Source: Verrucomicrobiota bacterium (GTDB lineage: Bacteria; Verrucomicrobiota; Verrucomicrobiia; Chthoniobacterales; UBA10450). From it: a stretch of 55,134 bases of DNA. Below the pieces are notes generated by a model, which did not search any database, was not told the DNA's origin, and was given only the letters and a program-made list of their open reading frames with translations. The translations under genes were made by a program, and so were the position numbers. This document shows, in pieces, positions 53,773 through 55,134 of this stretch. The stretch's first letter is position 1. Each line of letters opens with the position of its first letter. The DNA lies in contig JBEEHI010000138.1 of the NCBI GenBank assembly GCA_041167305.1, positions 1-55,134 of the forward strand. The letters run 5' to 3'.

Positions 53773-55125
53773 TTACCTCTTTCTCAAGTTTTCGAAGCCC
53801 GACATTTCAGAGTTTGTTAAGGCTGGGCTCGGAATTAAATCGCCCAGCTCAAATCGCCGCGCTCCTTGTGCGGAAAATTTTGGCAACACCGGCATGAATC
53901 CTTCGAGCACTTCAAGCATCGCTCCGTCATCAAAATCCATTCGGTAACGCGCCAGTTCTGAAACCGTGATCATCACCAGCTTGTGCTTCTTGCAGAAGCG
54001 GATGAGATCCGGCACGCGGGCCATCGTGCCGTCATCATTGACGATCTCGCAGATCACGCCGGCGGGAGAGAGTCCCGCAAGGCTGGCGAGATCAACTGCG
54101 GCTTCCGTTTGGCCGCGGCGCTCCAGGACGCCGCCGTCCCGGGCGCGAAGCGGGAAAACATGTCCCGGTCGCGCGAAGTCGTCCGAACAAGTGCTTGCGT
54201 CAGTGACGGCCAGAATGGTTTGCGCCCGATCGCGGGCCGAAATCCCCGTAGTCACGTCAGCTCCTTTCACGTCAATCGAAACCGTGAACGCGGTCCCGCC
54301 CAACGCGGTGTTGTCTGGCGACATCGGGGCGAGGTCCAACTCATCTAGCCTCTCGCCAGTCATGGCCAGGCAGATCAGTCCCCGTCCGTGCATGGCCATG
54401 AAGTTGACGGCCTCCGGTGTGATCATTTCCGCCGCCATCGTTAGGTCGCCTTCATTCTCACGGTCTTCATCGTCCACCACGACGATCATGCGTCCGGCCT
54501 GAAGCTCGCCAATCGCCTCCTCAATGCTTGCGAACTCGAAGTCCTCGTCATGCTCCGTGTTTTCTTGAGGACCGAGCCTTAGCGCGTGCCCCATCTTTTC
54601 CTTTTTGGTCCGCAGGTAAGCAAGGGAGTGCAGTGTTGGCGTGGCTTCGCAAGGAACTTGGGCGACGACCTCGATGCCGGAATCAACCAACGCGCGGGTT
54701 TTGCTGGGGTTATTCGAGAGAAGCCGGATTCGACTGAGGCCCAGGTCATGCAAGATCGCGGCCGGCAGACTGAAATCGCGGCAATCAGCCGCGAACCCCA
54801 GGGCACGATTTGCTTCAACCGTATCCAGACCACCGTCCTGCAGCGCGTAGGCCTGCAACTTCGCCGACAGGCCAATGCCACGGCCCTCCTGATATTCGTA
54901 GATCAGCAACCCGCGGCCCTCCTCAGCGATGGCTTGCATGGCCATCTCCAACTGGTCCCCACAGTCACACCGCATTGACCCGAGCATCTCGCCCGTAACG
55001 CATTGCGAATGGATGCGCACCAACGGAACGCCCGTGGTCACATCGCCCAGAACAAGCGCCAGCGCGGTGTCAATCTGGTGGACGCCGTTGACTATGTCGC
55101 GCTCGAACCCCAATGCTCGAAACAT
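53773..55125 (-). CDS. ribAB: bifunctional GTP cyclohydrolase II / 3,4-dihydroxy-2-butanone-4-phosphate synthase with reversed (RibA-then-RibB) domain order
   Basis: N-terminal VRIHSQCVTGEMLGSMRCDCGDQL...EYQEGRGIGL (GCH II). C-terminal GRMIVVVDDEDRENEGDLTMAAE...HGRGLICLAM (DHBPS). The start at 55125 is 9 nt from the window edge, so the N-terminus is uncertain. Confidence 0.8.
   Translation of the reverse strand: MFRALGFERDIVNGVHQIDTALALVLGDVTTGVPLVRIHSQCVTGEMLGSMRCDCGDQLEMAMQAIAEEGRGLLIYEYQEGRGIGLSAKLQAYALQDGGLDTVEANRALGFAADCRDFSLPAAILHDLGLSRIRLLSNNPSKTRALVDSGIEVVAQVPCEATPTLHSLAYLRTKKEKMGHALRLGPQENTEHDEDFEFASIEEAIGELQAGRMIVVVDDEDRENEGDLTMAAEMITPEAVNFMAMHGRGLICLAMTGERLDELDLAPMSPDNTALGGTAFTVSIDVKGADVTTGISARDRAQTILAVTDASTCSDDFARPGHVFPLRARDGGVLERRGQTEAAVDLASLAGLSPAGVICEIVNDDGTMARVPDLIRFCKKHKLVMITVSELARYRMDFDDGAMLEVLEGFMPVLPKFSAQGARRFELGDLIPSPALTNSEMSGFENLRKR
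53779..53810 (-). promoter_or_regulatory. conserved 32-nt leader motif, copy C (CTGAAATGTCGGGCTTCGAAAACTTGAGAAAG), 12 nt upstream of ATG 53766 and inside the 3' end of the ribAB ORF
   Basis: Read directly. Confidence 0.7.
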
Positions 55126-55134
55126 CCCCCATCT

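Noticed and set aside
45150-53810. Interpretation of the 32-nt motif as a conserved upstream micro-ORF. It reads MSGFENLRKR* in copy C and MCGLGSLRKNWNNQ* in copy B.
   Set aside because: Copy A has ATT instead of ATG at the equivalent position, and the peptides differ in length. A nucleic-acid-level element explains all three copies better. I also looked for a sigma-54 (TGGCAC-N5-TTGC) fit and found none.
1-55134. A search for integrase, transposase, toxin-antitoxin, restriction-modification or other defence/mobile signatures that could explain the compositional break.
   Set aside because: None of the translated ORFs shows DDE, tyrosine- or serine-recombinase, or typical defence-system motifs. 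The only mobility-related trace is the tRNA fragment.

Overview
This is a 55.1-kb window from a GC-rich, diderm-type bacterium, judged from lipoprotein boxes, a TolC-like protein, SCO proteins and a bd oxidase. I call about 47 protein genes. There is no intact RNA gene, no CRISPR array and no recognisable transposase or integrase. All calls rest on by-eye motif recognition in the supplied ORF track plus my own reverse-complement reading. No database or HMM search was possible.

The window has two visibly different halves. They join at a ~400-nt non-coding gap (35724-36123) that contains a 39-nt 5' fragment of a tRNA-Leu(TAG).

Left half (1-35.7 kb, higher GC) is mostly one long plus-strand array with many 4-nt ATGA start/stop overlaps:
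- A flavin/shikimate-like tailoring string: FMN reductase, an AroD/AroE-like fusion, two small paralogous proteins and an ACAD-fold flavoprotein.
- Two SsuD-like LLM monooxygenases and a PhyH dioxygenase.
- At least seven glycosyltransferase-like genes.
- A Lys/Gly-rich 101-aa polycationic protein.
- A giant 2,178-aa secreted multicopper-oxidase (MCO)-like protein, followed 2 nt later by glycan-processing genes.
- An orphan 719-aa protein coupled to a GT4.
- A copper/redox accessory trio: a YVTN beta-propeller, a double-SCO protein and a cytochrome c::periplasmic-binding-protein fusion.
- A pstSCAB set whose PstB carries a C-terminal low-molecular-weight phosphatase (LMW-PTP) domain.

Right half (36.1-55.1 kb, lower GC, all minus strand):
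- ribAB with reversed domain order.
- A YWTD propeller, wrbA and a 3-hydroxyacyl-CoA dehydrogenase.
- cydAB, an acyl-CoA synthetase, a family III CoA-transferase, ndh and hemA.
- A translationally coupled string running TolC, DUF1656, HlyD, FUSC, lipase-like hydrolase and pentameric ligand-gated ion channel (pLGIC).
- A 32-nt conserved leader motif occurring three times just upstream of start codons.

The most promising candidate for an undescribed system is the giant MCO locus together with its polycationic partner protein, its glycosylation genes and its copper-handling module.
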